From: a virus
Taxonomy: Duplodnaviria > Caudoviricetes
IMG/VR virus record: IMGVR_UViG_3300022177_000057
Span: 1 to 35,343 of that record
Strand: one strand, 5' to 3'
DNA length: 35,343 nt
Shown here in pieces: positions 26,243 through 35,343 of this stretch (positions are counted from its first letter, which is position 1; each line of letters starts with the position of its first letter). Made by a program: the position numbers and the translations under genes. The notes under the pieces were generated by a model. It made no database searches and was not told the origin of the DNA. It saw only the letters and a list, made by a program, of their open reading frames with translations.

Positions 26243-26526
26243 GTTGCGCCGCCTGCCGGGACCATCAGAAGCGAGGCGAAGGCAAACCCATGTGCAAGCT
26301 CTGTCCCTTGCCGGAGTTCTGGGGCGGGCTGAGCGAATTCGCTCGGCTGGCCTGGAACTCCTACTGCCAACGCTTCAACGGTCTGCGGGCCGACTACGGG
26401 GTCGCGGCCCCGCCGATCAGGCTGCCGCGCGCGCGCGCCGAACGGCTGACCCGCCTGTGGTCGGCCATCCATGACGAGTTGGTGAAGTTGCGCCGGGAAG
26501 AGCTGGAGGCCAAGGGCAAGCGCTGA
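26191..26526 (+). CDS. -1 frameshift extension of the chaperone (gpGT equivalent)
   Basis: G GGA AAC at 26191-26197 in the correct phase; -1 frame open to TGA 26526, which overlaps the tape measure ATG. Confidence 0.8.
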   Translation, partial: GKLRAFARFRAGSGAQLSCAACRDHQKRGEGKPMCKLCPLPEFWGGLSEFARLAWNSYCQRFNGLRADYGVAAPPIRLPRARAERLTRLWSAIHDELVKLRREELEAKGKR

Positions 26527-29500
26527 TGGCTGACAAGATTCAGATCTGGCTGGAAGTCGACGCGTCCAAGGGGGTGGCGACCCTCAAGGACTTCGACCGC
26601 GCGGTGGAGGAGGTGGGCCGCACCACCGCCGGCGTGGACCGCCAGTTCCTGGGCCTGGGCTCCACCCTGGGTTGGCTGTCCGGCGCCCTGGCCGGTCTGA
26701 GCCTGGCCACGGTGGGCAAGCAGTTCATCGGCGTGGCCGCTGGAGCCGAGAGCGCCCGTAAAACCCTGGAGGGCCTGGGCTACGGCGCGGACGCCGCCGG
26801 CCGCCAGATCGACACCCTGCTGGCCAAGGACTACGCCAAGGTCTTTGGCTTCGAGCAGATCAAGACCGCCCAGGTGCGCCTGGAGACGGTGCGCGGCGCG
26901 GTGGGCGACGTGGACCGGGCCATGAAGGCCCTCACCGACAGCGTGGCGGCCTTCGGCGGAACCTCGGCCCAATTGGACCGGGCCACCATCGCCATTCAGC
27001 AGATCGCCGGCAAGGGCGTGGCCAGCCTCGAGGAGATCAGGCAGCAGCTCTCCGAGGCCATCCCGGACGCGGCCCAGCTCATGGCCCGGGGCCTGGGCCT
27101 GAGCATGGCCGAATTCACCAAGCTGGTGGAGAGCGGCGCCCTGGACGCCAAGACCGCCCTGAACGCCATGTTCCGCGAGATGGAGCGCGAACACGGCGGG
27201 GCGGTGAGCCGCATGCTGGGCACCTGGACCGGCATGACGCAGCAGATGGGCTTTTACTGGCAGTCCTTCGCCAAGCAGACGATGGAGAAGGGCGGTGTCT
27301 TCCAGGAGCTGGAGGGCCAGGCCCGCCATTTCCTGGACGTGCTGGGGCAGCTGGAGGAAGAAGGCGTCCTGGAAGACTGGGCCGAGAGCCTGGGCGGCAA
27401 GCTGACCACGGTGGTCAAGGCCCTGGGCTGGGCGGCCGAGAACGCCAACGTGCTGGCCACGGCCGCGGCCTCCGGCGCGGGGGTCTGGGCGGTCTATCAC
27501 GCCGAGGTCTGGCAGGCCGCCGGCGGGCTCAACAACACCCTCAACCTGACCCAAAAGCTCTGGCCCCTGATCCAGGCCCACCCCTTCACCGCCGTGGCGG
27601 CCGGCATCGGCCTGGCGGTCACCGCCACCGTGGCGTTGGGCAACGTCTTCGAGAGCGCCGAGGAGCGGGTCCGCCGCTTCTACCTGGAATCCAAGCGCGG
27701 CTGGCAGGAGGTCGACAAGAGCAATGCCGAGCTGGAGCGCATGGAAAAGGCGGTGGCGGAACTGAACCAACGCCTTTCCGAGGCCAACGGCAGCCGGACC
27801 AAGGAGCGCGAGGCCATCGAGGCGGTGAACCGGCTGATTCCCGACCTCAAGCTCAATTATGACGGCACCCGCGAATCCCTGACCCAGCTCAACGTCACCC
27901 TGGCCCAATATTTGAGCCTGCGGCGACAGGAGGCGGAAGCTGACCGCCAAAAACAGGTGCAAAAGGACTTGGAAGGGCTCGAAGCGCTTAAAACCAAGAT
28001 CGCCGGCTTGCGCCTGGAGTGGGATCAGCTTAATCGTCTGCGGGAGACGCCCGGTGTCTTCGGAAAGGGGGTCGAGGAGACCTTGGTGAATCTCTCCAAG
28101 CGCGTCTCCGCTCTTCTTTCCGACTATCAGCGGATGGCCGAGTTTCGGCTCAAATCACCCGAACTGGCAGCCGACGCCGAGGCGATCCAGAAGTCCATCG
28201 GCGGCCTGCTGGAGGCGATCGCGGCCGCTGGCGGCAAGGTGGGCGACGCCCCGGCCCAGGCCCTGGCTAAGATCAACCAGGCCGCCCAGGTGGCGGCGGC
28301 GGCCACTGGCGACGCCCTGCGGGGTTTGGGCCAGGATCAAGAAGCGGCCGCCCACCGCGCGGCAGAGGCTCTTTCCGAGTTGGGCAAGCGCGAGCTTACC
28401 GACGTGCAGAAAAAGCTGCGCAAGCTCGACGAGGAATACCAAAAGTATTACGACGCGCTGGCCGACAAGGCCTCTCTCTCCTATGACTACGCGGTGGGTT
28501 TTTACGAGAAGGACCTGGCCTACCTGCGCCGGGTGCACGAGGTGGAGCGCGCCCGCATCCTGGAACCCAGCCTGAAGCGGGAGACTGAGGCCCACGAACG
28601 CGAGTTGGAACGTCGCAAGCGAGCGGCGGAAAAGCTGGCCAAGGAGGAGTTCGACCTGGCCTCCAAGTGGGAGGACGCCAAAGTCAGCCTGCGGGAAAAG
28701 GGCGGCGGCGAGGTGGAGCGCCAGCTGGCCCACCTGCAAAACGAGTTCGCTAAATACTACAAGGCCCTGGAGGACTACGCGGCCGGCAACTACGACTTCG
28801 CGGTGAGCTTCTACGAGAAGGAGCGGGACGAGGTCGACCGGCTCTACAATGTCGACCGCAACAAGATTCTGGCCAAGGCCGACGAGAGCTGGCGACGGCA
28901 GCACCGGCGATCCTGGGAAGGGGTGCTGGCGGATTGGGCCGACGGCGCCAAGCACATGGAGGAGCTGACCGCCAACAGCTTCAAGAACATCCAGGACATG
29001 GCCGCCCGGGACCTGGCCCGGGGCCTCAAGGGCGAGTTCAAGAGCATCGAGGAAGCGGCCGACGCGGTCTTCAACAACGTGGTCAACCTGGCCGCCCAGG
29101 CCTTCAGCCAGATGCTGGTGATCTGGGGCAGCGCCAACTTCGCCCGCCTGTTCAGCGGCGGCAGCTACCTTCCCTTTTTCGGCGGGGTGATCGGCGGCGG
29201 CAATAGCGCCGCAGGCGGATCGGCCGCAGGCCTTGACCTGGGCGATGCGGCCAGCCTGGGCAAGGCCGCCTGGAACTGGTGGAACAACCCCGCCGCCGCG
29301 GTGTCCCTGAACCCCGCGCAAGCCCTGTGGCTCAACGGTTCCGGCGGCTACCTGGCCGGAGCCTCCCCCGCTGCCACCAACAGCATCTACGCTGGCGGGG
29401 AGTGGGCCGGGGTTAGCCCCAGCGCTTGGGGCAACGGCGGATGGTGGTCCCAGCCCAGCTTCGGCGGCATGACCTGGGGCGGCACCACCCTGGCCGGAGT

Positions 29501-30977
29501 GGGGGGCGCGCTGGGCGGCTGGATGATGAACCAAGGCAAGGGCACCACCGCCCAGTTGGTGGGCGCGGCCGGCGGCGCGGCCGGCTCCATCGGCGGGTCC
29601 ATGCTGGCCACGATGGCCCTGGCCGCCACTCCCTTGGCCCCCATCGCGCCGTTCCTGGGGGCGTTGGTGGGCGGCGGCGCGGGTGGCCTGTTGGGCGGGC
29701 TCTTCGGCGAGGAGACCAATGACGCCCCAAAACACTATGCCGCCAACCTGCAAAAGCTCCTGCAGGGCGGGGCGGACAGCCTGACTCTCAACGACCTCTA
29801 CCACCAATACAGCCTGGGAGCGGGCAACCGCGAGGAACTGGATCAAGTCTACAAGCAGGTGGCCGCCGCCGGGCAGACCAGTTGGTGGCAGGCCGATCCC
29901 GAACGGGGCCTGAAGCTGGGTCGCCTGGGCGACCAGGATTTCTGGCGGGTGGCCGGTTTGGGCGGTTTCGACGACCAGGCCCTGGCCGACGCCGACCCGG
30001 AGGTGATCCGCGAGTTGGCCGAGGCGGTGGCCGAGGCCGAGGAGTCCCTGGGGCCTTTCGCCTTCGCCCTGCGCGGGGTGCTGGAGGGATTGGACCTCTC
30101 CACCCTCAGCGCCGACGAGTTGGCCACGGTGTTGCAAGAGCGACTGACCCCGGCCGCGGCCATTCAAGCCCAGAAGCAGATGGAGCTGGCCGCCGGGGCA
30201 GACAACCTGAGCGCCAGCCAAAAGGCGCTCAAGGCCACTCAGGACGCCCTGCTCTACACCCAGGACCTGGACGCCCAGAGCAAGGAGCAGCTTATCGAGC
30301 TGCTGCTCACCGAGAGCGGCAACGTCCAGGAGCTGACTGCCAAGCGCCAGCGCCTGACCGAGATACAACAGCTGCTCAACCAGGCCAGCGACCTGGGGGC
30401 CGAAAAGACCCGCGCCCTGATCGAGGAAGGCCGCGAGCTGGCCAAGGACCTCGGGCTCCAGAAGACCAAATGGGAAAGCAACGAAGAGGCTGTCAGCAAG
30501 ATCGTGGACGCGGTGCAGCGTCTGATCGACAAGTTGGACTCCATACCCTCCAGCAAGGACGTCACCGTCAACTACCGGGAGCGGCACCTGACGGACGATT
30601 CCAGCTCCTACCACAGTGGAGGAGTGGTGCTGCATCGGGGCGGTGAAGTGCCCCCCCGACGTTATCACGCCGGCTCTTTGGTCACCCGCCTGGCTCCCGA
30701 CGAAGTGCCGGCCATCCTTCAGCGCGGGGAGTTTGTGATGCGCCGCGAGGCGGTCAGCGCCCTGGGGCTGGAATTCATGGAGGATGCCAACCGTGGCCGG
30801 CTGCCAGCGACGGACGGCGGGACTTTGATCCAGATCAACGCGCCCCTGGTGAGCGTGGACGGTGGGGTGTTCACCAGCGGGGAGGCGCTCAACGACCTGG
30901 CCCGGCTGCTGGAGGCCAAGCTTTACGACCTGACCCGGGGCCGCTACAGCGCCGACTCCCCCCTGGTGCGGAGGTAG
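26526..30977 (+). CDS. Tail tape measure protein, 1483 aa
   Basis: QQIAGKGVASLEEIRQQLSEAIP domain, coiled coils, Gly-rich hydrophobic block, C-terminal YHSGG..DEVPAILQRGEFV. Confidence 0.93.
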   Translation: MADKIQIWLEVDASKGVATLKDFDRAVEEVGRTTAGVDRQFLGLGSTLGWLSGALAGLSLATVGKQFIGVAAGAESARKTLEGLGYGADAAGRQIDTLLAKDYAKVFGFEQIKTAQVRLETVRGAVGDVDRAMKALTDSVAAFGGTSAQLDRATIAIQQIAGKGVASLEEIRQQLSEAIPDAAQLMARGLGLSMAEFTKLVESGALDAKTALNAMFREMEREHGGAVSRMLGTWTGMTQQMGFYWQSFAKQTMEKGGVFQELEGQARHFLDVLGQLEEEGVLEDWAESLGGKLTTVVKALGWAAENANVLATAAASGAGVWAVYHAEVWQAAGGLNNTLNLTQKLWPLIQAHPFTAVAAGIGLAVTATVALGNVFESAEERVRRFYLESKRGWQEVDKSNAELERMEKAVAELNQRLSEANGSRTKEREAIEAVNRLIPDLKLNYDGTRESLTQLNVTLAQYLSLRRQEAEADRQKQVQKDLEGLEALKTKIAGLRLEWDQLNRLRETPGVFGKGVEETLVNLSKRVSALLSDYQRMAEFRLKSPELAADAEAIQKSIGGLLEAIAAAGGKVGDAPAQALAKINQAAQVAAAATGDALRGLGQDQEAAAHRAAEALSELGKRELTDVQKKLRKLDEEYQKYYDALADKASLSYDYAVGFYEKDLAYLRRVHEVERARILEPSLKRETEAHERELERRKRAAEKLAKEEFDLASKWEDAKVSLREKGGGEVERQLAHLQNEFAKYYKALEDYAAGNYDFAVSFYEKERDEVDRLYNVDRNKILAKADESWRRQHRRSWEGVLADWADGAKHMEELTANSFKNIQDMAARDLARGLKGEFKSIEEAADAVFNNVVNLAAQAFSQMLVIWGSANFARLFSGGSYLPFFGGVIGGGNSAAGGSAAGLDLGDAASLGKAAWNWWNNPAAAVSLNPAQALWLNGSGGYLAGASPAATNSIYAGGEWAGVSPSAWGNGGWWSQPSFGGMTWGGTTLAGVGGALGGWMMNQGKGTTAQLVGAAGGAAGSIGGSMLATMALAATPLAPIAPFLGALVGGGAGGLLGGLFGEETNDAPKHYAANLQKLLQGGADSLTLNDLYHQYSLGAGNREELDQVYKQVAAAGQTSWWQADPERGLKLGRLGDQDFWRVAGLGGFDDQALADADPEVIRELAEAVAEAEESLGPFAFALRGVLEGLDLSTLSADELATVLQERLTPAAAIQAQKQMELAAGADNLSASQKALKATQDALLYTQDLDAQSKEQLIELLLTESGNVQELTAKRQRLTEIQQLLNQASDLGAEKTRALIEEGRELAKDLGLQKTKWESNEEAVSKIVDAVQRLIDKLDSIPSSKDVTVNYRERHLTDDSSSYHSGGVVLHRGGEVPPRRYHAGSLVTRLAPDEVPAILQRGEFVMRREAVSALGLEFMEDANRGRLPATDGGTLIQINAPLVSVDGGVFTSGEALNDLARLLEAKLYDLTRGRYSADSPLVRR

Positions 30978-30979
30978 CG

Positions 30980-31522
30980 ATGTACGAGCTGAGCCAGGCT
31001 TTCCACCGCGCCCGCCGCCAGCGCAACCGCGCCCCGGTGGTGCTGTTCACCCTGAGCAACGCCTTCGGGGTGCGGGTGTATTCCAACCGGCTGCCGGCCG
31101 AGGACGCGGACAGCCTCAAGGCCGCGCCCCGGGCCGACGGCACCTGGCTGGCCGACGGGGCGTCGCTGGCCGGTTACAACGGCCTGCCGGCCCTGGAGCG
31201 GGCGGCCCGGGTGCTCTCCTTCGGCGCCCCCCGAGCCTCCCTGCTGCCGGTGCGCGGGCAGTTCCTGGCCAGTCTGGGGGCCAGCGAGGCCGCCACCCTC
31301 AGCGTCACCCTCAGCAACAGCCCCCAGGGCCCGCCCGGAGAGACGGCGCGGCCCTTCACCCGCCTGGAGGCGGTGGAGCATCTGCTGGGCGCCCGGGGCG
31401 AGCTGACCGTGGGCTATCTCCCCGAAGTGCCCCTGCGCGAGTTCCTCAACCTTTTCCGGGGCAAGGTGGCCAGCTACAGCCTCACCCCGGACACCGTCAC
31501 CCTCACCCTGCGGGCGGCCTGA
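30980..31522 (+). CDS. Putative tail tip protein
   Basis: Position after the tape measure; RBS GGAGG. Confidence 0.65.
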   Translation: MYELSQAFHRARRQRNRAPVVLFTLSNAFGVRVYSNRLPAEDADSLKAAPRADGTWLADGASLAGYNGLPALERAARVLSFGAPRASLLPVRGQFLASLGASEAATLSVTLSNSPQGPPGETARPFTRLEAVEHLLGARGELTVGYLPEVPLREFLNLFRGKVASYSLTPDTVTLTLRAA

Positions 31523-32703
31523 TGCTGGACCTGGACGCCAATCTGAGCCTGGCCTCGGCGCTGATCTACCCCGCGCCCAAGCGCCCCACCGACTACCTGC
31601 CCCTGGTCTACGGCGACCTGGGCCAGGGCGCGTCCGGGGTCTGGACGGCGATCTGCGTCGACAGCCTCAACCTGGTCTACGCCCTGGCCGGCCATCCCCT
31701 GGCCGGGCCGGTGCACCTGTACGACAAGAACGGCCCCATCGACCCCGCGGACTATAGCCTCAACCTGGCCCACAACTATCTCTATAAAGGCGTCGTCGCC
31801 ACCGCCACCTTCGCCGCCCCGCCCAACGAGCCGGTCACGGTGCGGGGCCGGGGCAAGCCCGACGCCGGCGGCGGACTGATCGACAACCCCCTGGACCTGG
31901 CCCGGGACCTGCTGCTCACCGCCGCCGGGGCCACGCTCGCGGACCTGGACGCCAACAGCTTCCGCCGCGCCCAGGCCCGGGCCGCTGGGCTGGGCTATCG
32001 CGCGGCCGGGGTGGTCGAGCGTCCCCGCCAGGTCGGCCAGGTCCTGGCCGAGTTGCTGGGCTGTTTCCTGGGCAACTCCTGGCGCGACGGCCGGGGCCGG
32101 CTGCGCTTCAGCCTGGACATCGGGGCCGGGGCGGTGACCGACGGCGACCTGCTGACGAGCTTCTCCGCCGCCGACCTCAGGGACATGAGCGCCACCGCCA
32201 ACCTGGACGATCTTTGCAACCTGGCCGCCGCCCACTACGCCTATTCCTGGGCCGACAAGGCCTATGCCGCCGCCTACGACGGCCAGGACGCCCGCGACCA
32301 GCGCAGCATCGGGCTGTACGGCCTCTTGCCCCGCCTGTTGGAGCTGCCCTGGGTGCGCGATCCGGCCACCGCCCGCACCGTCTGCGGCCGGCTGGTGGGA
32401 CTGGTGGGCTTTCCCCGGCGGCTGATCAGCTTCGAGGAGGCCGGCCTGGTCAACCTGCCGCTGGAGGTGGGCGACCCCGCCCTGCTCAGCCTGCCCTGGC
32501 TGGGCGACGAGATGGGCCGTCCCCTGGTCAACCAGATCGTGCGGGTGCTGGCCCTCGAGCCCCGCTTCGACGCTGGCTCCACCCGGGTCACGGTGTTGGA
32601 CACCGGCTATTTCAAGACCCGCGCCCACCCGGCCGACGGCTCCTGGTTGGCCGACGGCGGCTGCGTCGCCGGTGGAGAGCGCGACCGCCGGGAATATTGC
32701 TGA
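31522..32703 (+). CDS. Putative tail hub/tip protein
   Basis: PLVYGD, IDNPLDLARDLL, SIGLYG, LEVGD motifs seen in siphovirus tail proteins. Confidence 0.7.
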   Translation: MLDLDANLSLASALIYPAPKRPTDYLPLVYGDLGQGASGVWTAICVDSLNLVYALAGHPLAGPVHLYDKNGPIDPADYSLNLAHNYLYKGVVATATFAAPPNEPVTVRGRGKPDAGGGLIDNPLDLARDLLLTAAGATLADLDANSFRRAQARAAGLGYRAAGVVERPRQVGQVLAELLGCFLGNSWRDGRGRLRFSLDIGAGAVTDGDLLTSFSAADLRDMSATANLDDLCNLAAAHYAYSWADKAYAAAYDGQDARDQRSIGLYGLLPRLLELPWVRDPATARTVCGRLVGLVGFPRRLISFEEAGLVNLPLEVGDPALLSLPWLGDEMGRPLVNQIVRVLALEPRFDAGSTRVTVLDTGYFKTRAHPADGSWLADGGCVAGGERDRREYC

Positions 32704-32722
32704 GTGCGCCTGGGAGGCAAGC

Positions 32723-33793
32723 ATGAGCGCCTGTGGCTTCCTGTTCCAGAACCTGGCCAGCGACCCGGACCAGGTGTCGGTTTCCTCAGCCCGGCCGGGG
32801 TTGGTGGGCGTCCCCGTCCCCCGCTCCCAGGGCGCGGCCGCCGCCTATTCCGGCGGGGAGCACACCGCCGGCCAAGACCAGGTCTTCCTGGTGGAGATCG
32901 ACTCGCTGGCCGCCGGAGCCGAGGTGGGGCAGGCCAGCTTCCGCTGGCGGCGGGCGGACAGCCCGGTTTGGGAGGAATCCGGCCGGTCCACCGACAGCCT
33001 GTTCCAGGACCTGGCCGACGGGGTGCGGATCAAATGGCTCTCCGGCGCGGGCGCGGACTTCGCCCAGGGCGACGCCTGGACCATCCTGGCCATGCGCTCC
33101 CGGGGCGGGGCCATGCTCCTGGACCGCGACCGCGACACCGAATGGGTCAGCCTGGGTTGCGCCAGCGAGCACCTGACCATCGACCTGGGTCAGCCCCAGG
33201 CCGCCCCGGCCCTGGCCCTGTTGGACCACAACTTCACCAGCGCGGCCGAGATTTGGCTCCTGGCCGACGACGGCCCCGACTGGGAGCATCCGGCCCAGGC
33301 CCGGCTCCTGGCCCCCACCAGCCCCCATCTGCTCTGCCTGACCGACTGGAGCGCCCGCCACTGGCGGCTGACCATCGCCGACCCGCTCAACCCCGAGGGT
33401 TGCCTGCGGGCCTCGCTGCTCCACCTGGGCGGCTGCTTCAGCCCCTCGCGCACCTTCCGGGCCGGCTACCAGCGCTCCCTGGTGGCCGGCCGCTCCACCA
33501 CCGTCACCGACGCCGGCAAGCTGGGAGGCAGTGTCCGGGGCCTGGCCCAGTCCTGGCAGATCGGCTTCCGAGGCCTGACCGACACCGACCTGGCCGGTTT
33601 CGAGGCCTTGTTCGCCGCCTGCCACGACCCGGCCAGCGGCCTCCTGAGCCCCCTGCTCTTCATCCCCTTCCTGGAAAACCCGGAGCGCTGCCTCTACTGC
33701 CTGCCTGCCGCCACCATCAGCCCGGTGCAGCGCAATCTGGGCAGCCACGAGTTGGCCTTGCAGCTGGAAGAGGTGATCAGAAGCCATGTGTAA
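32723..33793 (+). CDS. Putative tail protein with a discoidin-like segment
   Basis: DRDRDTEWVS...HLTIDLG...RHWRLTI; RBS GGAGG. Confidence 0.65.
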   Translation: MSACGFLFQNLASDPDQVSVSSARPGLVGVPVPRSQGAAAAYSGGEHTAGQDQVFLVEIDSLAAGAEVGQASFRWRRADSPVWEESGRSTDSLFQDLADGVRIKWLSGAGADFAQGDAWTILAMRSRGGAMLLDRDRDTEWVSLGCASEHLTIDLGQPQAAPALALLDHNFTSAAEIWLLADDGPDWEHPAQARLLAPTSPHLLCLTDWSARHWRLTIADPLNPEGCLRASLLHLGGCFSPSRTFRAGYQRSLVAGRSTTVTDAGKLGGSVRGLAQSWQIGFRGLTDTDLAGFEALFAACHDPASGLLSPLLFIPFLENPERCLYCLPAATISPVQRNLGSHELALQLEEVIRSHV

Positions 33794-33844
33794 CCGCAGC
33801 GGCCGCCCGGCTGGGGGCGAGCGCGGCCCAAGGGAGTTCCCGAT

Positions 33845-34750
33845 ATGAGCGACATGCGCATCCAGTACCAAGAGGAGATGGTGGGGGCGGGGCACCCCAC
33901 CAAGCCCGACACCCTCAACCGCCTGGCCCTGGTGGAAACCGACCTGGACGGCCACGGCAAACTGCGCTTCCTCAGGGTCCAGACCGAGGCCCCGGCCACC
34001 GGAGCCGACGAGGGCGTCATCTACACCCGGGCGGCCGGCGGCCGACCGGAGCTGTTTTTCCGCAGCGCTGATTCGGCCGAGGAGGTGCGCCTGACCTCCT
34101 CCGCTGGCCCGGGGGTTTTGCTGCTGCCCCGGTCTTTGCCCGGCCTGCTGCCCGACGACCAGCTCTCGGCCGAGAACGACACCAGCCTGGGGGCGGTGCG
34201 CTTCGGCAACGCCGGCGCGGTGGCCTGGGGACATTTCGAGGTCTGGCTGGACGATGTCGCCTGGCGCATCCAGCTGGAGGCCATGATGAGCAGCGGTGAG
34301 GCGGCCAACGTGGGTCTGACCCTGGTCTATCAGGTCTTCGGGATGGACGTGGCCATGAACCCGATCAAGACCCGCTGGCAGGCCAGCCGGGCCTACGGCC
34401 TGGGGGACAAGGTCATCCCGGCCGCGCCCAACGGCCACTACTACCAGTGCACCACCGCCGGGACCAGCGGAGCGGCCGCGCCCACCTGGCCCGCCAGCGG
34501 CACGGTCAGCGACGGCACGGTGGTCTGGACCCGCCAGGGCAATGGCATGATCTCCCTGGGCGAGTACAGCCTGACCCCGCCGGCGGCGGCCTACGACCGC
34601 TTCGACCTCGACAGCGCCAGTCTGCAAATCCCGGCCGGCGCGGTGGCGGCCGGCGACCGGGTCCACTTCGGCCTCTGGCGCGCGGCAGGCGACACCCACA
34701 CCGGCGACCTGATCATCAACGAGTTGTGGGTCGCCCCGGTGGAGGTGTAG
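33845..34750 (+). CDS. Putative tail fibre/receptor-binding protein with a carbohydrate-binding-like module
   Basis: WQASRAYGLGDKV...YYQCTTAGTSGAAAPTWP...DGTVVW. Confidence 0.65.
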   Translation: MSDMRIQYQEEMVGAGHPTKPDTLNRLALVETDLDGHGKLRFLRVQTEAPATGADEGVIYTRAAGGRPELFFRSADSAEEVRLTSSAGPGVLLLPRSLPGLLPDDQLSAENDTSLGAVRFGNAGAVAWGHFEVWLDDVAWRIQLEAMMSSGEAANVGLTLVYQVFGMDVAMNPIKTRWQASRAYGLGDKVIPAAPNGHYYQCTTAGTSGAAAPTWPASGTVSDGTVVWTRQGNGMISLGEYSLTPPAAAYDRFDLDSASLQIPAGAVAAGDRVHFGLWRAAGDTHTGDLIINELWVAPVEV

Positions 34751-34752
34751 CC

Positions 34753-35343
34753 ATGTTGGGCCTGATCCGCGCGCCCCAGCAAATGCAGTCGATCCGCAAC
34801 GCCTACACTCACACCAACCCAGGAGCGGATACGGACGTCAATCGGGATGTGAGCCTGGACGCTCCAGTATCCCGCACGGATCGCTACCTGATCCAGGTGC
34901 CCAGGGGGCGCGAGTGTACTGGCCTGAGCGGGTACATGGTCGCGTTCGTGAAACGTGCCTATTGGCTGGACGCGCAGACCATCAGAGTAGTGGTGCGGCA
35001 CCTGGCCAGCGCCGGAGGGGATTACTCCTACGACCTACCGGTGGACGTCCTCGGGCCGTTTCGGCGGGTGCAATATGTGACCGTCACCACCGACTTCACG
35101 GCGGTAGCGGGTCAGCGCATCACCAAGACGGCCGCTATTTCGCCGGTCAATGGCAACAAGGCGCTGGTGTTGCCTGTGATCCAGTCCGGGATGGTCCCCC
35201 ACATGCACTACGCGACGGTGGGGCATCCGTTCGTAATGGAAAAGTTGTGGCTGTCGGCAGCCGACCAAGTGTCGGCGCAATTTCGCCTGCGAAACACCAC
35301 GTACACCAACCAGACCATCGACCTAGCCGTAGTCGAGCTCTAG
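34753..35343 (+). CDS. Putative distal tail-associated protein
   Basis: ATG at 34753 after GGAGG; codon usage visibly less GC3-rich; two similar halves. Confidence 0.65.
   Translation: MLGLIRAPQQMQSIRNAYTHTNPGADTDVNRDVSLDAPVSRTDRYLIQVPRGRECTGLSGYMVAFVKRAYWLDAQTIRVVVRHLASAGGDYSYDLPVDVLGPFRRVQYVTVTTDFTAVAGQRITKTAAISPVNGNKALVLPVIQSGMVPHMHYATVGHPFVMEKLWLSAADQVSAQFRLRNTTYTNQTIDLAVVEL

Larger units (their letters stand above)
1..35343. mobile_element. Transposable (Mu-like) prophage with HK97-type head and non-contractile tail; ends lie outside the window
   Basis: Ordered repressor/ner, DDE transposase plus ATPase, Mor, lysis, terminase, portal, protease, capsid and tail genes. Genes are tightly coupled by ATGA/GTGA/TGATG overlaps. 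No sheath gene recognised. Confidence 0.93.

Noticed and set aside
33845-35343. Diversity-generating retroelement or invertible tail-fibre segment
   Set aside because: No reverse transcriptase, template repeat or invertase in the window; it cannot be excluded downstream.
1-35343. Mu-type termini and transposase binding sites
   Set aside because: The window starts and ends at stop codons; no terminal repeats can be identified.

Overview
This GC-rich window (about 70% by eye) holds almost an entire temperate transposable (Mu-like) prophage; the Mu-type ends are not visible. The left arm has a divergent repressor/ner switch and a B3/BcepMu-style transposition block (IclR-type HTH, DUF3102-like protein, DDE transposase, AAA ATPase). 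An accessory region follows (DNA methyltransferase, PQ-loop membrane protein, full-length DnaB, GemA-like, Mor-like), then a lysis cassette and a terminase pair. The head is HK97-type rather than Mu-type (portal fused to a gpF/gp7 minor-head domain, HK97 protease and capsid). The tail is siphovirus-like, with a -1 frameshifted chaperone and a 1483-aa tape measure. The strongest non-ORF signal is a complete type II hammerhead ribozyme with a pseudoknot (8097-8166). It is followed by a switch-like RNA leader that can sequester the methyltransferase start codon. All family calls come from motif recognition by eye; no searches were run.
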